Source: Candidatus Marinacidobacterales bacterium
Lineage (GTDB): Bacteria; Acidobacteriota; Vicinamibacteria; Marinacidobacterales; SMYC01
Length of the DNA: 64,000 bases
Assembly: GCA_965237955.1 (NCBI GenBank)
Contig: OZ250169.1
Location: 2,272,001 to 2,336,000, forward strand
Direction: 5' to 3'
The translations under genes and the position numbers were made by a program. Shown piece after piece: positions 18,475 to 29,261 of this stretch (positions within the stretch are counted from its first letter, which is position 1; every line of letters starts with the position of its first letter). A model generated the notes under the pieces. The model saw only the letters and a list, made by a program, of their open reading frames with translations, made no database searches and was not told the origin of the DNA.

Positions 18475-18545
18475 AGCAGGAGCGTCTAGTCACCCGAAAG
18501 CTCGTCGCACGTTGATCAGCTCGGCGAGCTGACTTATGATTCTAC

Positions 18546-21135
18546 GTGTCGCCACGACGCGTCCTGCTTCTTCTCACTTTCTTCATAAGCGGTCTCGCGG
18601 CCCTCATTTTCGAGCTCGCGTGGACCCGTCTGCTCCTCCTGTCGCTCGGAACCACGGCGACCGCCGTCGGCGTCGTCCTCGGCGCGTTCATGGGCGGGAT
18701 GGCGATCGGAAGCGCAGTTTCCGCCCACCCACTGTTCGCACGCAAAAACACCATCCTCACCTTCGCCGCGCTCGAAGCGCTCATCGGCTCGTATGCGCTT
18801 TTATCGCCGACTCTTCTCGCTGCGATCGGCGGAGTCCAAGGACAGGAGCTCCGGTTCTTCCTCGCGCTCATGAGCTTGCTGCCTGCGACGGTGGCGATGG
18901 GCGCGTCGCTGCCGATTCTCGTACGCGCGTTCGGCCACCGCCAAGTCGCCATCGGACTCGGCCAGCTCTACGCCGCTAACACCGCAGGTGCGGTGCTCGG
19001 CCTCTCCTCGCCGTGTTTTGGTTTTTCCCGAGCGTAGGACTCACCGCGACCGTGTGGATCGGTGCGGGGCTCGATTTTCTCGTCGTCGCGACGCTCGTCG
19101 TCGCCCACCGTCGCTTCCTCACGGACGCATCCCCCGAGGAAATCGCCGAACCGGTCGCAGCCGCGGCAGACTCAGTGCCGTGGCCGCTTCTCGCGACCGT
19201 CGCCGTTTCCGGTGCGAGCGCGATGGTGTACGAGGTCGCCTGGGGACGCACGCTTTCGATGGTCTACGGTTCCTCGGTGTACGGCGTTTCCATCATGCTG
19301 TCCACGTTTCTGCTTGGAATTACACTCGGGGCCGCGCTCGCCACGCGATTTCTGCGCGGGCATCAAATACTGGGGGCATCAAATACTGGAGACCCATTGC
19401 TCCGGCTTGCGAAAGTGCTCATCGCGTCGGCCACACTTGCTTTCGCGAGCCTTCTCGTTGCGCGGAGCTTGCCATTCGTTTTCTTGAACTTCTATGCGTC
19501 GATCGAAGGCGCCGAAGGCACACTGTTTTTATCGCAATTCATCATCGCCGCGTTTCTCATGTTGCCGTCGACCGCCGCGCTCGGTGCCACACTCCCGTTG
19601 GCCGCGTCAGCTCTTCCCGAAGGTCCCATCGGGGGTCGCATTGCGCGCTTGTATAGCTGGAATCTTATCGGCTCGGCCACGGGAGCGGTGATGGCATCCG
19701 TGCTGTTGCTCGCGAGCCTCGGGATCGAGTTCTCCATCCGGGGCGCGGCCGTGATCTCGCTGGCCTTCGCCATCTTCCTCGTCGCGCGCGCGAGCCTGTT
19801 TTCGGTGGCAAGTGGGGCTATCGCCGGCTCGTTCATCTTGATCATCCTCGCGCTCGACCCGAGCGGCGAGCGGGTGTTGAAAAGCTTTGGGGTCTATAGC
19901 GGCGCGAGAACCTACGCGCGATACGACGCGAGCCAGATGCGCGAGCTCGTCGCGAGCCACGAGCTTCTCTTCTACCGCGACGGGCCCACGGCGACTGTGG
20001 CCGTCCAGCAGATCGATCGGTTTCGACTTCTCAAGATCAACGGCAAGACCGACGCCTCGAACGGACCCGGCGACGTCGCGACCCAGCTGTTGTTGGGACA
20101 TCTTCCGTTTCTCGCCCACGACGCGAAACGGGTTGCGGTGATCGGTTGGGGCAGCGGCATGACAATAGGCGCGGTTTTGCGCCACGCGGTAGAGCGGGTC
20201 GATGCGTTCGAGATCGAGCCTGCGGTCATCGAAGCGTCGCGTTTTTTCGAGCCCGGAAACGGAAACCCGCTAGAAGACGACCGCGTCGAGTTGATCCTCG
20301 GCGATGCGCGCAACGAGCTCCGGCGTGGCACGGAAAGCTACGATCTGATCATCTCCGAACCGTCGAACCCGTGGATCACCGGTGTCTCGAATCTGTTCAC
20401 GCTCGATTTCTTCGAGCTCGCCGCCGCACGGCTCGCGCCTGACGGCATCCTGTGCCAGTGGTTCCATCTCTACGGCATATCGGAAGAATCGACGCGCTCG
20501 CTCATCGCGACGTTCCGACAAGTGTTCCCTCACGTGGTCGCGTTCCAGGATCGCGATCTCATTCTCATCGGTGCGAGGCAGCCGCTTCGCTTTTCGTTGG
20601 AAACGCTCGAGGGTTTTTATCGAACACCGGCTATCCAAGAGAGCCTCACTCGGGCGGAGATGCCGTACCCGAGCGACGTGCTCGTGAGCATGACCCTCGA
20701 CGACGACGGTACCCAGGCGTTTTCGATAGACGCCATCCTCAACACGGACGACAACATGCTTCTCGAGCTTCATGCGCCGCGCTCGCTCTACCGTGACGAA
20801 GTCGATTCGATTCTCAACACGATGCGGAGTACCCTCCGGATGTCATGGCCCACCTCGTCGACGTCGACTCCGAGCTCGACACCCGCCTCGAGCTCGCGGC
20901 GTCGTACTTCACCTCGGAGAAGCTCGACGAAGCCCTCCTGCAAACGGAGCTCGCGGTTTTGATCGAGCCCTCTTTCGAAGGCCAAAAACTTCGGGGACAA
21001 ATTCTGCAGCGTCTCGGGCGGGACGACGAAGCGAAGCAAGCACTTCAGGACGCGCTCGACGCAGGAGGGGACCCGACCGGCCGCCGCTTCGTCGAAGCGA
21101 TGCTACGGTCTCTCGACTCGCCCGCGGGACCCTAG
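18546..21135 (+). CDS. Fused membrane (MFS-like)/spermidine synthase-like SAM-binding protein with C-terminal TPR; two apparent frameshifts
   Basis: SGLAALIFELAWTR, LYAANTAGA, VIGWGSGMT, EIEPAV, GDARNEL, YDLIISEPSNPW. Frames rejoin by adding one base at ~19000 (CC) and at ~20827 (GG). Confidence 0.8.
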
Positions 21136-21148
21136 CCCCAGAAAAACA

Positions 21149-21236
21149 AACGCAAAGACGCCAAGACGCAAGGGCGCAAAGAAGTCGAGTCGACTGAAGC
21201 GACGCTGAACTCTTTGCGCCTTTGCGCCTTTGCGTT
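21149..21236. repeat. Inverted array of 8-bp CGCAAAGA/CTTTGCGC units forming a long hairpin (REP-like / bidirectional terminator)
   Basis: AACGCAAAGACGCCAAGACGCAAGGGCGCAAAGA ... TCTTTGCGCCTTTGCGCCTTTGCGTT between convergent genes. Confidence 0.7.
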
Positions 21237-21259
21237 AATCTTCTTGCCTCATCAGCACG

Positions 21260-22448
21260 CTAGTCCCATGGAACAGAAAAAGCTAGACAACACCGGCCCT
21301 TCTGTGATCTGCTAAATGCATGAAACACAAGGGCCGGCGAAAAGCCGAATTGAAGCTGTCGTCTCAAGAAAGCGAAGCGCTGACGCGACTGGCGCGACGC
21401 AGCCGTAGTTCGCCGCACCAAGCCTTCCGAGCGAAGATCGTGCTGGATTGCGCGGCGGGTCTGACGAATATGGAAGTTGCTAGGAAGATGCACACCATGA
21501 GGAGCACGGTGGGCAAGTGGCGAAGACGCTTTGTAGAACAACGAATGGAAGGGTTGTACGACGAACCTCGGCCGGGAGCGGCTCGCAAAATCGGCGATGA
21601 CCAGATCGAGGAAGTCGTGACCAAGACGCTGGCGACGACTCCAAAGGGGAGAACCCATTGGAGTACGCGCTCGATGGCCAAGCATCTTGGGCTGAGTCAT
21701 TCGACGATTGGACGTATTTGGCGAACGTTCGGGCTTCAACCGCACCGCTCGGAATCGTTTCGTCTCTCGCAAGACCCACAACTGGTCGAAAAAGTACGCG
21801 ACGTTGTTGGCCTGTATATGAACCCACCGGATAACGCGGTCGTCCTGTGCGTCGACGAGAAATCGCAGATTCAAGCGCTCGAGCGTGCTCAACCTGTCCT
21901 GCCCATGAGCTTGGGCCAGCCCGAGCGACAAACCCACGACTACATTCGGCATGGAACGACTGACCTGTTTGCCGCACTCGACGCCGCAACAGGTGAAGTC
22001 TTCGGAAAGTGCTACGCGCGACATCGAGCGCTAGAGTTCAAGAAGTTCCTCGCTGAGATCGAAGCAGCCGTTCCCAGCGAGTTGGACATCCACGTCGTGC
22101 TCGACAATCTCGCCACGCACAAGACACCGGCGATCAAACGCTGGCTTTCCAAGCGACCTCGGTTCCACTTTCACTTCACACCGACACACGCCTCTTGGCT
22201 CAACTTCGCTGAGCGCTTCTTTGGCTTGCTCACCGAACACGCCTTGCGACGAGGCTCGCACACGAGCGTGCCTCAGCTCCGCGTTGCGATACAAGACTAT
22301 CTCGATGCTCACAACGAGAACCCAAAGCCATTCAAGTGGACGAAATCCGCCGACCAAATCCTCGAAACCATCGCTCGGTTCGCCCAGCGAACGCTCGATA
22401 CACATGGCAAATCGAATTTGGACAGTAATTAAAGATCCAGGGGACTAG
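21260..22448 (+). mobile_element. IS630-family insertion sequence
   Basis: Terminal IRs CTAGTCCCATGGA / TCCAGGGGACTAG with CTAG at both ends, enclosing one transposase ORF. Confidence 0.92.
21320..22432 (+). CDS. IS630-family DDE transposase
   Basis: HTH region ([24 protein letters not shown]); DDE motifs [28 protein letters not shown]. Confidence 0.95.
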   Translation: MKHKGRRKAELKLSSQESEALTRLARRSRSSPHQAFRAKIVLDCAAGLTNMEVARKMHTMRSTVGKWRRRFVEQRMEGLYDEPRPGAARKIGDDQIEEVVTKTLATTPKGRTHWSTRSMAKHLGLSHSTIGRIWRTFGLQPHRSESFRLSQDPQLVEKVRDVVGLYMNPPDNAVVLCVDEKSQIQALERAQPVLPMSLGQPERQTHDYIRHGTTDLFAALDAATGEVFGKCYARHRALEFKKFLAEIEAAVPSELDIHVVLDNLATHKTPAIKRWLSKRPRFHFHFTPTHASWLNFAERFFGLLTEHALRRGSHTSVPQLRVAIQDYLDAHNENPKPFKWTKSADQILETIARFAQRTLDTHGKSNLDSN

Positions 22449-23632
22449 CGCCCGAGCAAGCTCTCGTAGAGGGCAAGAACTTCGGCAGAACGTTTGGCCC
22501 AGGAAAATTCTGCTTCCGCGAACCTCCTGCCTTCTTTGCCCCACTCGTTCAGGATGTCAGGCTCTGACACCGCGGCGCCAATCGCCCGGCCGAGGGCTTC
22601 GACGTCGCCGGGGGCGACGAGAAGGCCGGAGAGGCCGTCCACGACTTTGTCGGGAATGCCCCCGACCCTCGTCGCGATCACGGGCGTACGATGCGCCATC
22701 GCTTCGAGCGTGACCATCGAGCTCCCTTCGTAGAGCGTGGGGTGCACGAACAAATCGGCGCGCTCGTACAAAGCGTGGAGAAGCGCGTCCGAAACCGGCC
22801 CTGCCAACAGAGCTTGGTTCCCGATCCCTCGAGCGCGGACGGCGTTCTCGATTCTCGACCTCGCCGGACCGGCACCGACGAGGATCCAGCGCCACTTCAC
22901 GGGCATGTCATCGACGACATCGGCGAGGGCGTTGACGAGGCCCACGAAGCCTTTGTTGTCTTCGAGACGGCCGACCGAGAGGAGCATGGTGTGGGTGTCG
23001 TCGATTCCGAGCGCACCCAGGCTCACCGGCTCTCGTTCGCGGTCGATCTCTTCGAGGTCGATCGCATTCGGAACCACGACGATTTTCTCGGAATCAACAC
23101 CCAGATGTTCTTGTACGTCATCCACCATGGCAGCATCCGGTGCGATGACCCGGGCAGCGTGTCGCGCCGCATATCGAGTAGCACTTCGAAGCGGTAGGTA
23201 AGCGGCTCGTTTCGCGGGCGCGCTCTTGAACTCTTCCATCCCATGCGGATGCAACACCAATGGTGCCGAGTCCTCGTTGCGGAGGAACGCGTAACCGAAT
23301 CCCGCGCCGGCATCGGCTTGAACGATGTCGGGCTCGAACGTGCTCAGAAGCTCTCGCGCTGCACGGAGGCTCCAAATCAAGTAGTTCGTGTTCCGGTCGG
23401 CCACGACGAAACCCTTTCGCCGTGGCCACGGTAGCGCACGGTAGGGAACGAACGCGTAGCTCTCGTCACGCGGTTCGGACAGCGGCTGTTCGGGCGGCGA
23501 CGTGAACACGCGGAGCTCACATCCGGCGCGCTCGAGGTGGCGTTTCAACGAACCGACGTGGCGTTCGAGCCCACCGTGTCCGTGAAGTGGGAAGACCGCG
23601 CGCGACAGCAAAGCGACTTTCATGACATTCAT
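22445..23632 (-). CDS. Glycosyltransferase family 4
   Basis: GGLERH, VGRLEDNKG, YEGSSMVTLEAMA, TRVGGIPD. Confidence 0.9.
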   Translation of the reverse strand: MNVMKVALLSRAVFPLHGHGGLERHVGSLKRHLERAGCELRVFTSPPEQPLSEPRDESYAFVPYRALPWPRRKGFVVADRNTNYLIWSLRAARELLSTFEPDIVQADAGAGFGYAFLRNEDSAPLVLHPHGMEEFKSAPAKRAAYLPLRSATRYAARHAARVIAPDAAMVDDVQEHLGVDSEKIVVVPNAIDLEEIDREREPVSLGALGIDDTHTMLLSVGRLEDNKGFVGLVNALADVVDDMPVKWRWILVGAGPARSRIENAVRARGIGNQALLAGPVSDALLHALYERADLFVHPTLYEGSSMVTLEAMAHRTPVIATRVGGIPDKVVDGLSGLLVAPGDVEALGRAIGAAVSEPDILNEWGKEGRRFAEAEFSWAKRSAEVLALYESLLGR

Positions 23633-24819
23633 GACAGGGCGGCCTTCCGGTATACGGTTTCGATTTGCGGCAGCACGACGGCCTCGGAGAAACGATCTCG
23701 GGCGCGCGTCCTCGCACCACGGCGCAGACGCTCGGAAAGTGCGTCATCGGAGAGCACCCGCGCGAGCGCTCTCGCGAGCTCTCGAGTGTTTCGACCGAGT
23801 AGTCCACTTTCCTCGTGCACCACTGCGTCTTCGCTTCCGCCGGTCGGCTCGACGATCAAGACCGCACCTACCCCCAAACCATCGATAAGAACTCGCGACA
23901 ACGGTTCCTGCCAACGCGACGGGAACAAGACCGCGGCGGCATGTTGCATCAACTGGAGCGCTCGCTCCTCGGAGACCCACCCGAGAAACCGTACGTCATA
24001 TCGAAGGCTCTTCGCTTTTTCTTGAAGCTCCGCTGACAGACTCCCCGCTCCGGCGATCACTAGCGGCACGTCCGCGCGAGCTTCTTCGAGGATGGTAAGA
24101 AGTCGATCGGGCGCTTTGTTGGGCTCCAGCTTTCCGACAAACAGCACGTAGCGGTCGGGAACGTCGTCGGGTCGCGGAAGCTCGACATCCGAGGCGATCA
24201 GGAAATTTGGCAGGAAATTCGGGACCACGTGAACGTTATCGAGGGGCAGCGTTTCCGAAACGTACTCGCTCACGGCCACGACCGCCTTGGCTTCGGCGAG
24301 AACTCGTTGGCGCCGGGCGAGCTCCGCGCCGACGACAGGCGGAAGCACCGGAGCGAGCGGCCAGAGTAACGGCCGGTGGCGACCCACACACACGACCCGG
24401 CGGGCATAGCTGCAACCCGGACATGCCTCCGTCCCCGAAAGCATCGTGGACCAAATGCACACCGGCCAATAGTCCCGAACGGTGACGACCATCGGCAGCC
24501 GCTGGCACGCCGCACGGGTCGCCATCGCCGACATCCAGTGTTGCGCGTGCACGATGTCCCATGCTTCTTCTCCTATTGCCTGCTCCAGTCCTTCCGCGTA
24601 GGCACGCTCGCGCGCGTGGCTGCCGAGCGCGGCTTTCGGGATCGAGATTTCCGAGACCGGAATGCCTTCCCAATCGGTTTGACCTTGCGGCTCGGCACGT
24701 CCAACGACGACCCGCACACGGTGCTCACGATGCGCGAGCGCCGCGGCGAGCGTTGCCGTCGATCGGCCACTGCCTCCCGAGCCCGGAGGGAAGGCGTCGC
24801 TCGTCAGGAGAATATTCAT
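23629..24819 (-). CDS. Glycosyltransferase family 4
   Basis: FPPGSGGSGRS, HAQH, VGKLEPNKA, PSRWQEPLSRV. Confidence 0.88.
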   Translation of the reverse strand: MNILLTSDAFPPGSGGSGRSTATLAAALAHREHRVRVVVGRAEPQGQTDWEGIPVSEISIPKAALGSHARERAYAEGLEQAIGEEAWDIVHAQHWMSAMATRAACQRLPMVVTVRDYWPVCIWSTMLSGTEACPGCSYARRVVCVGRHRPLLWPLAPVLPPVVGAELARRQRVLAEAKAVVAVSEYVSETLPLDNVHVVPNFLPNFLIASDVELPRPDDVPDRYVLFVGKLEPNKAPDRLLTILEEARADVPLVIAGAGSLSAELQEKAKSLRYDVRFLGWVSEERALQLMQHAAAVLFPSRWQEPLSRVLIDGLGVGAVLIVEPTGGSEDAVVHEESGLLGRNTRELARALARVLSDDALSERLRRGARTRARDRFSEAVVLPQIETVYRKAALS

Positions 24820-25982
24820 GACGCGTGCTTCTTCGTGGGCGACCCCAATAGGCCCAATAAGATTCGCTCGAGCTCCTCGCAGTGCCGCTTCCAGCTGAAC
24901 TCGGCCGCGACGCGTTCTCGGGCGGAGCGTCCCTTCGCACGCGCCGAGGCGGTATCGTCAACAAGGACTCGGATTGCCTCGGCCATCCCGTCAATCCCGT
25001 CAATGTCTCCCTCGGACACCAAGGTCCCTTCACTCTCGCGAACAATCTCCCGAAGCGGCGCCACGTCGAGTGAGACCACGGGAAGACCCATGGCCATGTA
25101 CTCGAAGATTTTGAGCGGAGACCAGAAAAACCCGAGCTGCATTGGACCCAGACGCGCAGGCTGGTAGGGAGCGACACCGACGTCCGCCCATTTCAAGTAG
25201 GCCGGTACCTCGTCGTAGGGCACCGCGCCGGTGAACAGCACGCGCTCACTCACGCCGAGCTCGTCGGCGAGAGCGATGGCTTCACTGAGACGCGGTCCAT
25301 CTCCTACGAAGAGGAAAAACGCGTCGGGAAGCTTCGCGGCGCACCGGACGAGCATGTCCGCCCCGTGCCATGGACGAAAGCTTCCGGAGAACACGACCAC
25401 CGATCGATCGTCGGGAATCGGAAGAGGCTTCCGCTCGACGTTCGGTCCGAAGCGGTCGACGTTCGCACCCCAGTGCACCTGGTGAACTTTCTCAACCGGC
25501 ACGTCGTCGGGAACGATCGAAGGTAGCGGCGTCACCAGCGCACTCGCCTTCGCGCACATCGCGTCGCGCAGTCTTTGCATCGGTCGTAGCAAAGCGAGTC
25601 GGTCCAACGTGCTCTTCAGTGAGCCGGGGTAGTCTTTGAGCGGGGCATTGATCTCGAGAAGTGCAGGGATTCCCCGCTGATACGCGGCGCGGACGCCTTC
25701 TCCGGCGAAGTTGTAGTAGCGCTCCATGACCGCGTCGATGCCGAGTCGATCCAAGAGCTCGCCCACGCCTCGCCGCGCGGTCCAGCGAAAGAAACGATGC
25801 TCGAGGAGCGTCGGGCTCGGGTGCAGCTCGAAGCTCGACGGTGGTTTCCCGTCGCCCACAAGCGCAACGACGTGTAGTTCATGACCTCGCTCCGATAGTC
25901 CACGAGCGACTTCCTCCACGTGTACCGAGCCCCCGGTGCGACCGGGCACGTGTTGGTCGGAAGCAACGTAGAGAATCTTCAA
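24816..25982 (-). CDS. Glycosyltransferase family 4
   Basis: GGSVHVEE, FSGSFRPWHG, SPLKIFEYMAMGLPVV. Confidence 0.9.
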   Translation of the reverse strand: MKILYVASDQHVPGRTGGSVHVEEVARGLSERGHELHVVALVGDGKPPSSFELHPSPTLLEHRFFRWTARRGVGELLDRLGIDAVMERYYNFAGEGVRAAYQRGIPALLEINAPLKDYPGSLKSTLDRLALLRPMQRLRDAMCAKASALVTPLPSIVPDDVPVEKVHQVHWGANVDRFGPNVERKPLPIPDDRSVVVFSGSFRPWHGADMLVRCAAKLPDAFFLFVGDGPRLSEAIALADELGVSERVLFTGAVPYDEVPAYLKWADVGVAPYQPARLGPMQLGFFWSPLKIFEYMAMGLPVVSLDVAPLREIVRESEGTLVSEGDIDGIDGMAEAIRVLVDDTASARAKGRSARERVAAEFSWKRHCEELERILLGLLGSPTKKHAS

Positions 25983-27031
25983 ACAGCCTCGAGTAGCAGA
26001 AAGAACGGGCCGGTGCGCATACGTCCGAACAGTGCCACGTCGAGCTTCATGATGTAGGAGGCGAGCGTCAGCGGCGCGTGTGCCCAGCGGCCGACGTCCG
26101 GTTTCGTGGACTCATGATGGTGATGGTGATCATCGCCGTGCCTGTTGTGGTTGCCGGGCGAGCCAGACGGCTCCGCGAAGAAGTTGTGCTCGACGAGCGG
26201 CAACATGAGGTCTTCGAACAAAGCTTTGAAGAGCACGTTGTAGTAGCGGATCTTGGCAATCTTGAAACCCGTCTGCTCGAGCACCGCATCAAGCTGCGCA
26301 TAGCTTCTCAGAACGTTCCGGTGATCGGATTTTCGCTCCCGCTCGAGCTCGTTGTCGACGAGACCTTTGGAGTCGAGCCAGTGCACGAGGCGATTGACGC
26401 TCCGTTGGAATACCGCGAGGCGGGAGCTCATCATCACGTGGGAGTAGAGAAAGAGCTTCCCGCCAGGCTTCAACACGCGCCGGGCTTCGGTGAGCATCGA
26501 CGTGACCCCCTCTTCGTCGAGATGTTCGAGCACGTCGAGGGAGTACGCTTTGTCGAAGCTCTCGGCTTCGAACGGGAGAAGACGGACATCACCGCGGGTG
26601 AGATCCACCGTGGCCAGAGGCTCCGGCGCAAAGTGCGCGCCGGCATCGATCCCGACGAGCTGCCCGCAGCTCGCGCGGCTATAAAAGAGGAACTGGCCTT
26701 TGCCGCAGCCGATGTCGAGAACTCGATCGTCGGGCGTGGGCCGGAGCATCTTCGACATCATGTCCATCTTGATTTTCGCGGAGAGGAACAGCGGCTTGAT
26801 GACGCCAGCGCGGTGATGGAACTCTTCCTCGGCGTAATCGGTGAGATCGTCGAACGTATCCACCGGCGGTCTCAGATCGAGGTAGCCCCGCTCGGCAAGC
26901 GCGGGGAACCGACGCCCGCACTCACGACAGCGCATACCCTCGGTCTCCGCGTCGAGAGGTAGCGCGGAGCCGTTGCCGCTCGCCCGGCAAAGGGGACAAC
27001 GCACGACGCTTTTGAGGTATTCCGAGATCAA
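25979..27031 (-). CDS. Class I SAM-dependent methyltransferase with N-terminal Trm112-like Zn ribbon
   Basis: CPLC...CRECG; VLDIGCGKG; FDKAYSLDVLEHL; RVLKPGG. Confidence 0.88.
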   Translation of the reverse strand: MISEYLKSVVRCPLCRASGNGSALPLDAETEGMRCRECGRRFPALAERGYLDLRPPVDTFDDLTDYAEEEFHHRAGVIKPLFLSAKIKMDMMSKMLRPTPDDRVLDIGCGKGQFLFYSRASCGQLVGIDAGAHFAPEPLATVDLTRGDVRLLPFEAESFDKAYSLDVLEHLDEEGVTSMLTEARRVLKPGGKLFLYSHVMMSSRLAVFQRSVNRLVHWLDSKGLVDNELERERKSDHRNVLRSYAQLDAVLEQTGFKIAKIRYYNVLFKALFEDLMLPLVEHNFFAEPSGSPGNHNRHGDDHHHHHESTKPDVGRWAHAPLTLASYIMKLDVALFGRMRTGPFFLLLEAV

Positions 27032-28422
27032 GACTCCCAGCCTCCATCTCCATCGTCGTCTTCATCGTCTTCACCATCAGGGGCACGTCCCGGAAGCTCG
27101 TCCCGCGCGAACAAGTACCGGCCCACGACCGACATCAGGCGCGGTGGGACCTCTCGGAACTGGTCGTTGACGACCTCCCGCCAAATCAAACGGTCGCGGT
27201 TCATGAGACCGAGACCGAACTGCACCATCAGCCCCACGTTCCACAGCATGAAAACGCTCGCGAGCGCGACCACTCCGGCGCGGCGCGTGTAGGAGGCGAC
27301 AAGCGCGAACAGTGTCGCACCCCACACGGCAAAAATGACCGTCGCGCCCACGAATCGCCGCGCGCCGAAGCCGCCGGCTTGCGTCCACGAGTCGACCGCC
27401 CCGGAAATGTAGACCTGCGATAGAAGGCCCAGCAAAAGCGCAATCCCCGCGACCCGCTCGCGCCGGAGCAACAGGAGCCCACCGACGGTAAAGAGCAAGA
27501 GAATGGGACTCCAGAAGTAGAGCCCGTGCTCGGTTGAAAAAAGGACCTCGAGCGCATGCGGTGAATACCAGAACATTTTATTCTGGATGTGCTGGGATGG
27601 AAGAGGCCGGCCGTTCAAAATCTGGTAGACGACGAGCTGGGGACTGAAGATGAGGAGCGCGGAAACGCCGAATGCGGCGGCGCGCTGGGCGCTTTTTCGA
27701 AGCTCCCAGCTCGCGACGAGAGGCACGAGCGCAGCCATCGCAAAGAAAAAGTCTTGCTCGCGCACGAGCGCCATGAGCCCGGCCGACGCTCCCCAGATCG
27801 CCCAGCGCCGGACGCTAGGAGACGCCACCACCCACGGCCCGAGACTGAAGAAAACGGCGACGGCAAAGAGCGACGCCGCGTGGCTCATCCCCGGAGCGAT
27901 GTACATGTAATACGCCACTGGCGTCGCCCACCAGAGAGCAACAACGGCGATGAAGCACGTGAACGGTTCGGCAAACCGGCGCGCCAGTCGATAGCTCAGA
28001 AAGAGCCCGAGCGCTCCGTAGAACGCCGATGCCAACGACACCGCGGTGCGGTAGGGCTGGGACATTCCGTCGGCCTCGACGTCCGCGCCGAGAGCACCAA
28101 AAACGACCACGCCGACGTGGGTCGCGATGTAAAACGGCGACCACAACACCGCGGTGCCCATGGGCCCGAAGTTGAGCTTCAAACCCGTGGGCGTGCTCCG
28201 ATCGAGAAACGTTTCTTTGAACCCTTGTCGCCCCTCCGGATCTTCATCGTAGAAATGCCGATACTCGTCTTCGAAGCTCACGTCGTAGTCGAACAGAATG
28301 GACGGCAGGTACGAGAAGTACTCGACCGCGTCCGATTCCGCGATGCGCGGGGTCACAAGGACAAGAGAGCCGAACAAGAGGACGGCCAAGACGAGCTCGG
28401 TGCGGTCGCGAAACCACGTCAT
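27028..28422 (-). CDS. Polytopic membrane protein, GT-C/PMT-like glycosyltransferase
   Basis: Many hydrophobic helices; D..EYFSYL first loop; HGLYFWSP and W..GGFGARRF motifs; lies within the glycan operon. Confidence 0.65.
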   Translation of the reverse strand: MTWFRDRTELVLAVLLFGSLVLVTPRIAESDAVEYFSYLPSILFDYDVSFEDEYRHFYDEDPEGRQGFKETFLDRSTPTGLKLNFGPMGTAVLWSPFYIATHVGVVVFGALGADVEADGMSQPYRTAVSLASAFYGALGLFLSYRLARRFAEPFTCFIAVVALWWATPVAYYMYIAPGMSHAASLFAVAVFFSLGPWVVASPSVRRWAIWGASAGLMALVREQDFFFAMAALVPLVASWELRKSAQRAAAFGVSALLIFSPQLVVYQILNGRPLPSQHIQNKMFWYSPHALEVLFSTEHGLYFWSPILLLFTVGGLLLLRRERVAGIALLLGLLSQVYISGAVDSWTQAGGFGARRFVGATVIFAVWGATLFALVASYTRRAGVVALASVFMLWNVGLMVQFGLGLMNRDRLIWREVVNDQFREVPPRLMSVVGRYLFARDELPGRAPDGEDDEDDDGDGGWES

Positions 28423-29261
28423 GACGACTTCTTCACGAGGAGCTCCAGGTTACTAATAATGATGTTCTGCGTGAACCCGTTGTGCTCGAGGAAGCGTCGG
28501 AGGAATTTGGGGACGTTGCGGGTAAAAAACCCGCTCACGTGGCGCTCTTCGCGAACGACGTCGAAGCCCACCCGCTCGAGCCACCGGTGCACCCGCGCGA
28601 CCGTGACCCTTTGGATGAGGTCGTCTTCTTTGGTCTCTCCGCGTTCGGCCATCAGTTTGAACGTGTTCGACTCGCGGGGCTCCTGCAACCAGCTCGGCTT
28701 CTTCCGCGCGATTTCGAAGTTCAGCCGGAACGCCCAGCTCCGTGGCATGAGGAGGTGGATCGGAATCGGAATCTTCAGCCGCGACAAGTGCGAGCCCGCG
28801 AAACTAAGATACGGCGGGGTTTGCAGAAACAGCACCCCACCCGGCCGGAGCACCCGGTGGCATTCGCCGAGATACGCCTCCGCGGAATCGACGTGCTCGA
28901 TCACCGAGTGCGACAAAACGAGGTCGAAGCTCTCGGGTGCAAAAGGAAGTCTGGTTCCGTCCCCTTGGACGAAAACGGCGTTTTCGAGGCCGCGCTCTCG
29001 TGCGAGCTTCTCGCCTGCGTCGCCGAACTTGTTCTTGATGTCGAGACCTATTGCTTGGTCGCACTCCTCGGCAAACGACACCGCGATGCCGCCCGAGCCG
29101 CACCCGGCGTCGAGCACACGGCCTTGGACGTCGATATCGTCCCACTCGAGACGCTTCAGGATTTTCGCGCTCCGGTAGTACTCGAAGAGCGCATAGTGAT
29201 AGCTCGAGCGGAACCGGATGTCGCCGTGTCTCCGGATCGCGTCGTTGTCAATCTCGCGCAT
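28419..29261 (-). CDS. Class I SAM-dependent methyltransferase
   Basis: VLDAGCGSGG, FDLVLSHSVIEHV, RVLRPGG. Confidence 0.9.
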   Translation of the reverse strand: MREIDNDAIRRHGDIRFRSSYHYALFEYYRSAKILKRLEWDDIDVQGRVLDAGCGSGGIAVSFAEECDQAIGLDIKNKFGDAGEKLARERGLENAVFVQGDGTRLPFAPESFDLVLSHSVIEHVDSAEAYLGECHRVLRPGGVLFLQTPPYLSFAGSHLSRLKIPIPIHLLMPRSWAFRLNFEIARKKPSWLQEPRESNTFKLMAERGETKEDDLIQRVTVARVHRWLERVGFDVVREERHVSGFFTRNVPKFLRRFLEHNGFTQNIIISNLELLVKKSS

